Program-made: the position numbers and the translations under genes | Part shown: piece after piece, positions 50,750-60,221 of the stretch | How positions within the stretch are numbered: the stretch's first letter is position 1 | How the letters are laid out: each line of letters begins with the position of its first letter | NCBI GenBank assembly: GCA_016183325.1 | Contig: JACPEV010000003.1 | Span: forward strand, 82,000-145,999 | Reading direction: 5' to 3' | DNA length: 64,000 nt | DNA from: Candidatus Curtissbacteria bacterium | GTDB lineage: Bacteria; Patescibacteriota; Microgenomatia; Curtissbacterales; GWA2-41-24 | The notes under the pieces: generated by a model | Databases searched by the model: none | What the model was told of the DNA's origin: nothing | The model's input: the letters and a program-made list of their open reading frames with translations, nothing else

Positions 50750-51367
50750 CTACTCGAGGTTAATCCTCTTCTGAAGCGCCGCGGCCCACCTGTCAAAAAG
50801 AGTATACACCGGAGCATGATAATAGTGGAGATGCTTCTCTAAATTATCCAAAATCGTCTTCTCATCTACTGTTGAAAGCAGAAGTATAAGTCGTGACGGA
50901 TAATGCAGGTACGTTTGTACAACCAATAATCTATCATCTCCCCGCTTATCAAACCAGAAAGAATCCAACTCGTCCCATAAAAATGCTCTTCTGCCGGTAA
51001 CTATCCCCATATTTGTAATTTTGTGCTCGATCACCTCAGGCTCGACTGTTGCAAAAACCCAAATTACAAAAACCAAAGCAAAAATTACTCCCACTGCAAA
51101 AAATTCGCTAAAGGCAACCGCCAAAAGAATTAATATCAATGCAAAAAGAGCAGTTTTGGTAAAATATTTTTTTGTCCTCGCCTTAAAAATTCTAACCGGA
51201 GATTTCCAGGAAACAATAGGTTTTGCCTCCAAAGCCGCTTGATGTTTAGCATCAAGTTCCTCCTTGGTAGGCGGTCTTTCAGGCCTATCCAGTTTCTCAG
51301 CTGATTCCTTTTCTGGCTTTGGCTCTTTTGCAGAATCAGCAGAGTTCTTTTTCTCAGGTTTAGCCAC
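50750..51367 (-). CDS. membrane hypothetical protein
   Basis: Lys/Glu-rich N-terminus followed by two TM helices. Confidence 0.45.
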   Translation of the reverse strand: MAKPEKKNSADSAKEPKPEKESAEKLDRPERPPTKEELDAKHQAALEAKPIVSWKSPVRIFKARTKKYFTKTALFALILILLAVAFSEFFAVGVIFALVFVIWVFATVEPEVIEHKITNMGIVTGRRAFLWDELDSFWFDKRGDDRLLVVQTYLHYPSRLILLLSTVDEKTILDNLEKHLHYYHAPVYTLFDRWAAALQKRINLE

Positions 51368-51493
51368 TTCAATAATCTTTCTAATATTAAGTTTATCACA
51401 TTCCCAAAAATGTCAAGAAGTGCAGGGGGTATCACCTTCATCATTCACCATCGGGTATAATTATACTGTGCTGCGGGGTCTGTAGAAGAGAAA

Positions 51494-51874
51494 TCAATAC
51501 GGAGATTCTACTGAGAGTGAGGGTATAAAATCAAAATCCTTTTGATTTTTAGTTAAAAGTCTTGCTTTATATTCAAGTGCTGTTGAAGCAATTAGGCTAT
51601 CTGCTAAAGCTAAAGAATAATTAAGATGAAATTTTTTAATCAACTCAAAAGAGCGCTTACTAATTTTGTCAGTAATCTCCATTACCGAAAATTTCGAAAT
51701 TAAATCTTCTGCAATTTTTTGTGCTCTTTTATCCCTAGCCCCCTTCACAAACTCTATTGCTGTTACAACAGAAATAGAATATTTATGCACCTTATAGGTA
51801 GAATTCAGAAATTGTTGAGCTTTAGTAAAACCGCGTGCATAGTCGACAATTACATCAGTATCAATAAGCATCAT
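51494..51874 (-). CDS. vapC: PIN-domain toxin VapC
   Basis: MMLIDTDVIVDY…. Confidence 0.8.
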   Translation of the reverse strand: MMLIDTDVIVDYARGFTKAQQFLNSTYKVHKYSISVVTAIEFVKGARDKRAQKIAEDLISKFSVMEITDKISKRSFELIKKFHLNYSLALADSLIASTALEYKARLLTKNQKDFDFIPSLSVESPY

Positions 51875-52137
51875 TGAAACAAAAGGGGTCGTTTATTCCT
51901 CGGTAGCTTAGCGAGCACATCTAGTGCCTGGCCAATTTCGTCTTGATACCTCTCCCAACTCTGCCTAATTTTTTTAAAATCAGTTTTAAATTGTCCCATT
52001 GTAATTGGCTTTAGAAGTAATCCTTGTTCTGTCTGTTCGACCTCAAGCAATGAGTTCTCCTCTAGGTTAAGATTTTTTCTCATTTTATTAGGAATAGTGA
52101 TTTGTCCTCTAGGCAAAATTCTCACAACTGTCTGCAT
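51871..52137 (-). CDS. AbrB/MazE-family antitoxin
   Basis: RGQITIPNKMRKNLNL. Confidence 0.7.
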   Translation of the reverse strand: MQTVVRILPRGQITIPNKMRKNLNLEENSLLEVEQTEQGLLLKPITMGQFKTDFKKIRQSWERYQDEIGQALDVLAKLPRNKRPLLFQ

Positions 52138-52276
52138 TCTACAGATATGATAATCGGAAAATCAGATTTTTTCAATAACTAAAATAGTGGAAACGCTGCG
52201 GTGCCTAGTTGATTGAAAATGGTGAGTTTATCGAACCACTATGTTGGAACCTTCTTTAAGAATTATTTTTCAGATG

Positions 52277-52513
52277 CTATTTTTTGGGTTTAGCAAAATA
52301 AATTACCCAACTACCAAATGTTAACGCAAGGAATACAACAAGGAATACTAGTAAGGTATTAATTCCTCCAGGTATGATGCCTTCTAATACTTCGCTCCTC
52401 GAGATACCTCCTTGTGTTGGATCAGCAACAGTTTTTGAATATTGAAAAACGACGACAAGAAGTACAGCATAGAAAATAGTCAATATAGTAATTAACAATG
52501 CTATATTCTTCAT
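52277..52513 (-). CDS. small two-TM membrane protein
   Basis: ORF plus TM. Confidence 0.4.
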   Translation of the reverse strand: MKNIALLITILTIFYAVLLVVVFQYSKTVADPTQGGISRSEVLEGIIPGGINTLLVFLVVFLALTFGSWVIYFAKPKK

Positions 52514-52562
52514 ATTTCAAATTGGACCCTATTAAGATTAAAGTCCTAATGTTATTAACTGT

Positions 52563-52640
52563 GCGGAAAGCAGTAGATGACGTTAGAACTTTTTACGCAC
52601 AATCCCTTGCTTTCCCACAGTACATTATACCAAGTTTTCC
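52563..52640 (-). promoter_or_regulatory. repeated promoter/leader element copy C (TGGTATAAT plus conserved leader with GGAAAGCA…TGCTTTCC closing stem)
   Basis: See 47837-47913. Confidence 0.55.
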
Positions 52641-52696
52641 AGGTGATATCAGCCAGTGATATTGACATATGATATAATAGTTACTAGAATACATTT

Positions 52697-52978
52697 ATGT
52701 TCAATACAAATATTATCCCAGCCAGAAACCTTCAAAAATCTTATAAGTCTATTATTGAAAGAGTTAAAACTAAAAAGAATGCAATAGTCTTAACCACTAA
52801 TAAAAAGCCTCAGGCTGCTATTGTTAGTCTTGAGGACTTAGACAGAATCCAGCAAGCTAAAGCCATGCAGTCTTCTCTAGACATTCTTAAGTTGGCAACT
52901 GAAAGCAAAGAAGAACTAAAAAACCTACCAGCCGATTTGCGCAAAAGGGCAAACAAAATTTTATACAGCATAAAGTAA
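52697..52978 (+). CDS. Phd/YefM-family antitoxin
   Basis: YefM-like N-terminus. Confidence 0.65.
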   Translation: MFNTNIIPARNLQKSYKSIIERVKTKKNAIVLTTNKKPQAAIVSLEDLDRIQQAKAMQSSLDILKLATESKEELKNLPADLRKRANKILYSIK

Positions 52979-52980
52979 AT

Positions 52981-53403
52981 ATGGCAAAGAGCGTTGTGGT
53001 TGATTCAGACGCAATCTTTGCTATTTACAATCCCAACGACCCACTAAACACTCAAGCAACTCAGACTTTCCAGCAGTTGATCGCCCGTGAATTTCAGCTT
53101 ATTTATCCTGTAACGGTTCTTTTTGAAGTAATCTCACTATTCCAACGTGTTTTACCAACACCAGCAGTAACTAAAAAACTTATAGATATGATTAAAAATG
53201 ATCAGTTTCTAGTTCAAGCCATTGATAGCGATATATTAAAAAAATCAGCAGAATTGTTTGACCCTACCGGAAGTAAGAAAAATACTTTAATTGATTGTTC
53301 AGTAGTTATTGTTGCTAAAAAGATAAAAGCTAGTGGCGTTTTTGCCTATGATAGTTTCTACACCAAGCAAAGTCTAAAATTAGCTGAAGATTTAATTGGT
53401 TAG
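52981..53403 (+). CDS. vapC: PIN-domain toxin
   Basis: VVVDSDAIFAIY… PIN. Confidence 0.75.
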   Translation: MAKSVVVDSDAIFAIYNPNDPLNTQATQTFQQLIAREFQLIYPVTVLFEVISLFQRVLPTPAVTKKLIDMIKNDQFLVQAIDSDILKKSAELFDPTGSKKNTLIDCSVVIVAKKIKASGVFAYDSFYTKQSLKLAEDLIG

Positions 53404-53571
53404 AACTTTTTGCAAGAAAGTAAAATAAAGCATATTTAGGTTCCAAAACCATTTATAGTTATAGAAAAAGCAAAATCTGAAGCTGATAAAATTTTGTCCG
53501 AGTTAGAACTCGATGAATATGCGCACTTGACGGCCCAATTGGCCTCTATTTTCTCCCAAAATCTCACTCTG

Positions 53572-53656
53572 CGGAGAGGGTGGGATTCGAACCCACGGTA
53601 GCTTGCGCTACATTCGTTTTCAGGACGAACGCACTAGCCCACTATGCGACCTCTCC
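53572..53656 (-). tRNA. tRNA-Ser (anticodon TGA), type II
   Basis: Acceptor GGAGAGG/CCTCTCC, anticodon loop CCTGAAA (C33 is unusual), T-loop TTCGAAT. Confidence 0.6.
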
Positions 53657-53661
53657 AAGTG

Positions 53662-53745
53662 CGGAGGGTGTGGGAGTCGAACCCACTCTGGACTTTCGCC
53701 CAGCAAGTTTAGCAAACTTGTGCCTTACCGTCCGGCCCACCCTCC
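53662..53745 (-). tRNA. tRNA-Ser (anticodon GCT), type II
   Basis: Acceptor GGAGGGT/ACCCTCC, anticodon loop TTGCTAA, T-loop TTCGACT. Confidence 0.65.
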
Positions 53746-54731
53746 CAAAATGTATGATTTTTTAAAAAGAAACTCTTTTTAAAATTCCCTGTTCCAATTT
53801 CTTTAAGATAGCTCTTAACTTCGCTTTTATTATATAACCATACTTTATATCTACCATCATTCTTGGGCTTGTAACCTAGGCCCCTTAATCCTTCATGAAC
53901 AAAATCCAGAAGCGGCAAAGATCGATTCGTAAAAACAATCTTTGGATATGAATATAGCTTCCCATTTACTTTATAGCGATGCATCGCAAAACAACCGTCT
54001 GTATCAACTAAACCGCGAATGCATGCTTTAATATATTCAGGCTTCAACAAAATCCATTCTGGAACTCCAACTTGTAAAAGTACTTTATTACCTCTTCTGA
54101 GACCTTTTTGCTCTAGGTATTTTATCAGATTAATACTTGAAACCATAACTCTTACGACTTTCTGAGTTTTATGTCTAAATAGACTTGGTTTTAAACCAAA
54201 AAGTTTCTCTATTAAATCGCGCACATAAAAAACATACTCCTCATCAACTTCACTGTTCAGGTAGATAACACATTGAAAATTACTTAATCCTCCATCACCA
54301 AGTAAAATTCCAATAAATTCTGCTAAATTCTCGTTTTCCTCGGGAATATTTATGTTTTTCGCCAAATTTCCGAGAACTCTTCTTTTTTTAATTCCATTTA
54401 AACCGCCCCTTCTACGTCCTTCAGGAGTGCCCAAATCCCCATGCAATTTAAAACGAACCATAGCACCTTTGCGACATATCTCTAGTTTTCTAGCAAACCA
54501 GCGGTCAATTAAGATTTTCTCCTGTTCTGGAAAGAGAACTTCATATTTTTTTGCAAGCAACTTCACAGCTTCAGAAGGTGGGCACAACTTTTCCCTCCTC
54601 CAATCAAAAAGGGTTCTTCGATGCACACCCACTTCGTCTGCAAGCTGTTTCGGAGAAAAACCACTATTCCTAACTACTCGCTCAAAAAAGTCTCTCTGCT
54701 CTCCAGTTCTAAATAAAACTCTCTGTTTCAC
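53709..54731 (-). mobile_element. free-standing double-motif LAGLIDADG homing endonuclease with an N-terminal HTH; its 3' end runs into tRNA-Ser(GCT)
   Basis: Two LAGLIDADG motifs (LAEFIGILLGDGGL and IRGLVDTDGCF); the last ~12 codons are encoded by the 5' half of the tRNA gene. Confidence 0.75.
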
Positions 54732-54837
54732 AAATATATTTCTAAGCTACTTCTCCATTTTACCAGAATATATCCCCTTAACCAAGCGCAATCGCCAATC
54801 CCCAAACAGGCTGTACCTATTTTGGTAATATAATCTT

Positions 54838-56358
54838 GTGACAAAATTTTTCGAAAAATCCCTAATCATTCTAATTTTGCCACTAATTGTCCTTGCAGTT
54901 GAAACATTTACCCTCTTTCTCAAAAATCCACCCGTATGGCCGGATGAAGCAATCTACGCTAATATTGCCAGTAATTGGCTCACTGAAAAAAGATTAGGTC
55001 CGGATATTTGGCTTGACGCTTATCCCGGAGCAACTGACCATTTTTATTCATATCCTCCTTTATTTTTCTTAATAATTGGAGCTTATTTTAAACTCTTCGG
55101 CGCTTCTATCGAATCTCAAAGACTGATCAGTCAAACAGCAGCAATTGTCTTCTTAATTGTCTTTTTCTTTTTAGTTAAATCTATCTTTCCAAACAAAAAA
55201 GTTCATGTCTTATTTATCTTACCTCTAATCGCCCTCATTCTAGATCCGTTCTTCTCGCGGGCTTCCAGAATCGCCAGACCGGAGATGACAGTTACCCTAA
55301 TTGGTTCTCTTGGCTTTCTTGCTTTTATCAAATCCAGAAATTCACACAACCCAGCCATAAGTCACCTTCTTACAATAATTTGTGGGATTCTAACTAGTTT
55401 TGCGCTTTTGACTCACTTTTTGGGCGGAATGATTTTTACAATCAGTATCCTGTTAAATTTCCTCTTCCAGGATAAATTTAGGCTTATCAAATCTAAAAAT
55501 TTTTATTTGTTTATTCTTTCATTCCTAACTGCACCCTTCTTATACTTCCTCTCAATCCTTCCCAATTGGACCATATTTCAATACCAATTACTTACATACT
55601 CTAAAGCCGTTTCCGAATATTCTTATTTCGTCTTAAGCCTTATCTATAGCACTAACACCGTGCACCAAATACTTATAATCACCTACATCGCAGCAACTGT
55701 ATCATTTATCATCAAAACAGCAATAAACAAATCCCAAGAATTAATCCCTTTTGCCATAATTCTTTGCGTATCTTGGATAGCCGTTGTTTATTATAAAGAA
55801 GTTTGGTATTTTTTTTATGTTATCCCTTGGATTTATTTATCCGCATCATTTATTTTTATAGAATTTTTTACTAAATATTTTAAAAACTTTATAAAACTGC
55901 AGAAGAGAAATTTTTTTCATCTGGTGGCAATTGAAGCCCCAATTATCCTCACAAGTCTCATGTTTATGGTGGGTCTATTTTACACACTTAAATTAATTTA
56001 TACCTATTTGCCCAATAAATACTCATACCATCTTTTCGAAAAACGTATACTTGATGTCATTCCCCAAAATAAAACAGTTTTTCTTTCTTCCATCCCGGAT
56101 CCTTATTTTGCTCTTAAATTAAGGGGTACAAATACCCTTTATGAATTTCCTGTTGTGACAATAGAAAAAGAAAAATTTCTAGAGCTTCTCGACAATTCCG
56201 ACTACATTATATTTACCAATGTTTACAGCAAAACAAGCAGTCTACTCCCTGCATATATCAGCAAAAATGCCCAAAAAACTATTACCATTGGATCAAAAGA
56301 TCAATACCAAACACATGTTTTCGAACTCAAACCTAAAGACCAAAGACAAAAACCTTGA
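54838..56358 (+). CDS. GT-C membrane glycosyltransferase (GT39/ArnT-like)
   Basis: VWPDEAIYA DE-motif after TM1; polytopic. Confidence 0.65.
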   Translation: MTKFFEKSLIILILPLIVLAVETFTLFLKNPPVWPDEAIYANIASNWLTEKRLGPDIWLDAYPGATDHFYSYPPLFFLIIGAYFKLFGASIESQRLISQTAAIVFLIVFFFLVKSIFPNKKVHVLFILPLIALILDPFFSRASRIARPEMTVTLIGSLGFLAFIKSRNSHNPAISHLLTIICGILTSFALLTHFLGGMIFTISILLNFLFQDKFRLIKSKNFYLFILSFLTAPFLYFLSILPNWTIFQYQLLTYSKAVSEYSYFVLSLIYSTNTVHQILIITYIAATVSFIIKTAINKSQELIPFAIILCVSWIAVVYYKEVWYFFYVIPWIYLSASFIFIEFFTKYFKNFIKLQKRNFFHLVAIEAPIILTSLMFMVGLFYTLKLIYTYLPNKYSYHLFEKRILDVIPQNKTVFLSSIPDPYFALKLRGTNTLYEFPVVTIEKEKFLELLDNSDYIIFTNVYSKTSSLLPAYISKNAQKTITIGSKDQYQTHVFELKPKDQRQKP

Positions 56359-56371
56359 GTAAAAAATACCA

Positions 56372-57103
56372 TCATCCAAGCGCGACTGCCAATCCCCAAA
56401 CATCTTTTGCCCCGACTCGTTTTAGAACTTTACAGCATTCACTCATAGTAGCCCCGCTTGTATAGACATCATCCACTAACAAAATATTCTTGTCTCTAAT
56501 ATCAAAATTTAGCGGTTTACCATGAACCTGCTCGCCCTGAGCTTGTCGAATGGGCCGAAGCGAAAAAGCGCTTCTAACATTTTCTTTTCTTTTATCAGAC
56601 TTAAGTTCAACTTGAGGTCTTGTATACCTGTTTCTAACAAGCAAATCACTGTAGGGGTGCTTAAATCTTCTTGCCAGATCCTGACCAATCAGTTCTGCTT
56701 GGTTAAAACCTCGCCATCTTTTTCTCTTAATGTGAAGTGGTACCGGGACCAAAGTTGCATCGGGGGGAAAATCAAATTTCCATAAATTGCCAGCTACGAC
56801 ACTAACCAAAATCTTGCCAATATCATAAACCCATTTATATTTAATTTTCTGCACTGCTTTGGCTATTGCACCTCGATACCGACAGACTACAATCAATCCA
56901 TCCAATTGATACCGGCCACCACACCCTGGGTGCGTCCTCCCACCGATTGCTTGCCTCTGGCAAATAGGGCAAAGTGGCTTCTTTATAAATTCGATCTCAG
57001 AAAAACATTTTTTACAAATATACGCACCGAGGTTTCCGCAGGAAACACAGCGCTTGGGGAAAAGAAAATCAAGCAAAAAGTTCATAGTTGATTCCACTAC
57101 CAA
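56372..57103 (-). CDS. comFC: ComF-family phosphoribosyltransferase-domain protein
   Basis: Two CxxC pairs at the N-terminus and a PRTase motif LLVDDVYTSGAT. Confidence 0.75.
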   Translation of the reverse strand: MVVESTMNFLLDFLFPKRCVSCGNLGAYICKKCFSEIEFIKKPLCPICQRQAIGGRTHPGCGGRYQLDGLIVVCRYRGAIAKAVQKIKYKWVYDIGKILVSVVAGNLWKFDFPPDATLVPVPLHIKRKRWRGFNQAELIGQDLARRFKHPYSDLLVRNRYTRPQVELKSDKRKENVRSAFSLRPIRQAQGEQVHGKPLNFDIRDKNILLVDDVYTSGATMSECCKVLKRVGAKDVWGLAVALG

Positions 57104-57135
57104 CTAAAAAGGTCTCCTTCGGGAGACCTTTTTCT
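57104..57135. terminator. bidirectional rho-independent terminator (AAAAAGGTCTCC-TTCG-GGAGACCTTTTT)
   Basis: 7-bp GC stem, UUCG tetraloop, A-run and T-run on either side. Confidence 0.8.
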
Positions 57136-57972
57136 GTGGAGATGGCCGGGTATGGCCCGGCGTCCAAGATAAACTTATCAAAAACTTCTACAAGCTTAGT
57201 TAATCTTTAAAATCTCGCCTCACCTCTTTGTCGATTAACAAACGGAAACAAGGCAAAGATCTAAATTTCAGGCTAAGGTTAGATCAAAACCAAAGTCCTA
57301 CTCTCGGCTAAGTTTGTGCCCCAAATAACCTCACCGAGAAAAGGTTAAAGAGACAAGCTCAAAGCTTAAGCTTATGCAAAAGCTAGAGCTGGACTTGGGC
57401 TAAAGGTTTCCCTCAAAGCCGCAAGACCTCGTGCAAATAAGTTTCTTGCACTTAAATTTGATTCAAAGCTTGACGCACTTTAGAATCGTATTCGGCTTGC
57501 AGTTTTTAATGTGCTATCCTGTCGAAACAATACATCCCCGTACTTTAAGGAGACAACTTGCGGTTTTCTCCCTACGGGTCGATCTTTTAGATCAGACCTT
57601 AATATTACTCTTTCCCTTTAAAGGATAAATTTAGACTGGCGGAGCCAGATTTAAATTTATCTTGAAGAACAAAAACAAATTATAGCAGTGTTTGGCCTCA
57701 AAAGCAAATTTTTGGAGTGTCGTAACTCTTACAAAGTCGGTGGTTGGTGATATGGATGCATTTGGTCTGTTTGGTTTTAACAGACTGAGGCGATCTGATC
57801 AAACCTGTGCATGCCTGTATACTGAGTCAGAAAGAAGAAGTTTAAGACCGCTTCTTGTGATTTAAATCCCTTTGTTGTTTTGTACCTGATCTTACTTCTG
57901 CCAATTGCTCTTTCCGTGGCATTGTTGGTTGTGGGCAAATCATCTCTTGGATGTTTAAGGTATGCTGTATAG

Positions 57973-58431
57973 TTGTGCCACTGCCATTTAGCAAATACAA
58001 AATTCTCAAAAGTGAAACCTAAGAGACATGCTCTGTTTGATCGAAGGAACGAGGAATTAACTTTTTTGCTTGGTAAAGCTCTAATTACGACCAGTTTTAG
58101 CCGTTTAGTTTCTAGATCATATTTACAAAACCAAACAGCTGGAACAAGGGAAAGTTTCTTAAGATGGATTGTTGATTATGGTAATACAGACGGGTTAGGG
58201 ATATTCGATCAAAATCGAGTAGAATGGTTTGAAAGAAAAGCATATAGAGATGTTTTGTTAGACTATTTAGGTTTTGAGAGACTATATGAAAATATATCAG
58301 GTGAAGAGGAGTATAAAGAACATAGAGATTACTTATCGAGAAAGGGTTTCTCTGATCCAGCTAAAGAAAAAGAGGAGCTTCTCAAAGAGTGGCGTAAAGA
58401 ATTTATTGAAAGGTATGCAGATGAGCCCTAA
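57973..58431 (+). CDS. hypothetical ORF (may be a remnant)
   Basis: ORF only; adjacent to an ~800-bp ORF-free region. Confidence 0.3.
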   Translation: MCHCHLANTKFSKVKPKRHALFDRRNEELTFLLGKALITTSFSRLVSRSYLQNQTAGTRESFLRWIVDYGNTDGLGIFDQNRVEWFERKAYRDVLLDYLGFERLYENISGEEEYKEHRDYLSRKGFSDPAKEKEELLKEWRKEFIERYADEP

Positions 58432-58469
58432 GATCAGATTCTTTGACTAATAGCTTCCATGAAGACAAT

Positions 58470-58730
58470 TCACTCGCTAACGGAACGGTGAAGGATTGAG
58501 GAAACTAGGGTTTGATACGGAATTCCTTCTCGGACTGCTCTGGCTTTTATTTTATGTAAGTCACGCTCCGTAAGCCTAATATTAATATTCCTTGTTTTAT
58601 TAAGAGTGTTTCTGGCATAAGCTTGGTAAAGCTTCTTCGCCTTGGTGAAGTTTTTAATACTTTTCCATTCTCCTGCCTCGAATTCTCTTAAAAGTTCCTC
58701 TTCTTCTTTATCTAACTCAAAGTATTTCAT
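58470..58730 (-). CDS. brnA: BrnA-like RHH antitoxin
   Basis: C-terminal INIRLTERDLHKIKARAVREGIPYQTLVSSILH. Confidence 0.65.
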   Translation of the reverse strand: MKYFELDKEEEELLREFEAGEWKSIKNFTKAKKLYQAYARNTLNKTRNINIRLTERDLHKIKARAVREGIPYQTLVSSILHRSVSE

Positions 58731-59014
58731 TTATTCTCCTTTCTTTGAAACAAATATTTTTTAGTTGCCTTCCTTGAAGGAAAAATAGTTTTTAAGAAAA
58801 TCTTCTCTTCATCCTCAACAAATGGAACCAAATAGGCATAATTACCAATCTCAACAACGAACATTTTCTGATTAGGATATTTCTTCTTATTGGGATGACC
58901 TGTTGTGTCTAATAACTTTCCTTCTTCAATGGCCACTTGTACGTCATCAAATCCTATACCTCGCTCAATTTTAAGCTTTAAATTCTTTCTTTCATCCCAA
59001 TCAAAGTATTTCAC
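58727..59014 (-). CDS. brnT: BrnT-like (DUF497) toxin
   Basis: FDWDERKN… N-terminus; 4-bp overlap with brnA. Confidence 0.6.
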   Translation of the reverse strand: MKYFDWDERKNLKLKIERGIGFDDVQVAIEEGKLLDTTGHPNKKKYPNQKMFVVEIGNYAYLVPFVEDEEKIFLKTIFPSRKATKKYLFQRKENK

Positions 59015-59363
59015 TTATAAATATTATGACAAAAGATATGATTTGTCAATTATCGAAGACATACGTAACTACTCACCATTCTGATGTTGTAATTATTGTT
59101 CGAGGCTAAAAGCCGAGAACTACAAACAGATTAGACTTCTCGCTTACGCTCGAAGAATACAATCGTATCAGTTATTGTGAACTCTTACAGACATACATGT
59201 TCACTTATCAACAAAATTATTCACTGAGCGAGCGTCAGCAAGTCGAAGTATTCCCCCAGTTATGCCTTCCCTTCGACTCCGCTCAGGGTAAACTAGCTCA
59301 GGTAATAATTATTTTGCAGAATGGTGGATACTTACATAATTAAGTATTAACTTAATTAAGTAA

Positions 59364-60206
59364 TTGTTTTATAATATAGTTATGGATGTTTTTAGTGCGC
59401 TCGGAGAACCTACAAGACGTAACATTATAGAAATGCTTGCTGCACGTGGTCAACTAACTGCAACCGATATTTCCGACCAATTTAAAGTCTCTCCTCCTGC
59501 CATCTCACAGCATTTAAAAGTTTTGCGAGAAGCAAAACTTGTGGAGATGGAGAAGAAAGCTCAGAAACATATTTACCGGATTAACCCAGGAAGTATTAAC
59601 GAGCTGGAACAGTGGGCAAAAAAGATCAAACACCTGTGGAACGAAAGATTTGACAAACTAGATAAGCTATTAGCAGAAGAGAAACGAAAGGCGGTGAAAT
59701 TAATGTCTAAAAATGAACTTGTTATAGAACGTATTTTTGATGCACCGGTTGAGACTGTATGGAAGTACTGGACAGAACCTGAATTATTAAAGAAGTGGTG
59801 GGGACCAAAAGTTTTTACTTGCCCATATGTTGAGATTGATTTTAGAGTTGGCGGTAAGTATCTGAGTTGTATGCGGGGAGCTCCTCAAGAAGGTGCACCA
59901 GTTCAGGATTTCTGGTCAACCGGAACCTACAAAGAGATTATCCCAATGAAAAAAATTGTCGCGACCGATTCATTTGCAGATGAAAAAGGAAACATAGTCC
60001 CATCAACTCACTATGGAATGGAAGGATTCCCGCTTGAAATGTTTGTTACTTTCGAATTTGAGGAAATTGATGGCAAAACAAAGATGACTCTTACACATTC
60101 GGGCATTAAGAACCTCGACGAAGCAACTCGTAAAGGCATGCATCAGGGCTGGAACGAGAGCTTCGATAAAATTGTTGGGGTATTGGCCGCCAAAGGCAGT
60201 GAGTAA
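59364..60206 (+). CDS. ArsR-family HTH regulator fused to an SRPBCC (AHSA1/START-like) domain
   Basis: LGEPTRRNIIEML…PPAISQHLKVL wHTH; the C-terminal domain is AHSA1-like. Confidence 0.75.
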   Translation: MFYNIVMDVFSALGEPTRRNIIEMLAARGQLTATDISDQFKVSPPAISQHLKVLREAKLVEMEKKAQKHIYRINPGSINELEQWAKKIKHLWNERFDKLDKLLAEEKRKAVKLMSKNELVIERIFDAPVETVWKYWTEPELLKKWWGPKVFTCPYVEIDFRVGGKYLSCMRGAPQEGAPVQDFWSTGTYKEIIPMKKIVATDSFADEKGNIVPSTHYGMEGFPLEMFVTFEFEEIDGKTKMTLTHSGIKNLDEATRKGMHQGWNESFDKIVGVLAAKGSE

Positions 60207-60221
60207 ATAATAGTCAATATC

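Noticed and set aside
53580-53765. 61-aa ORF
   Set aside because: It lies entirely within the two tRNA-Ser genes.
57150-57972. tmRNA, RNase P RNA or SRP RNA in the ORF-free region
   Set aside because: I could not find a tRNA-like 3' end (GGTTCGA…CCA), the RNase P P4 sequences (AGGAAAGTCCGG), or the SRP domain IV motif by eye. It stays as an open question under findings rather than a called feature.
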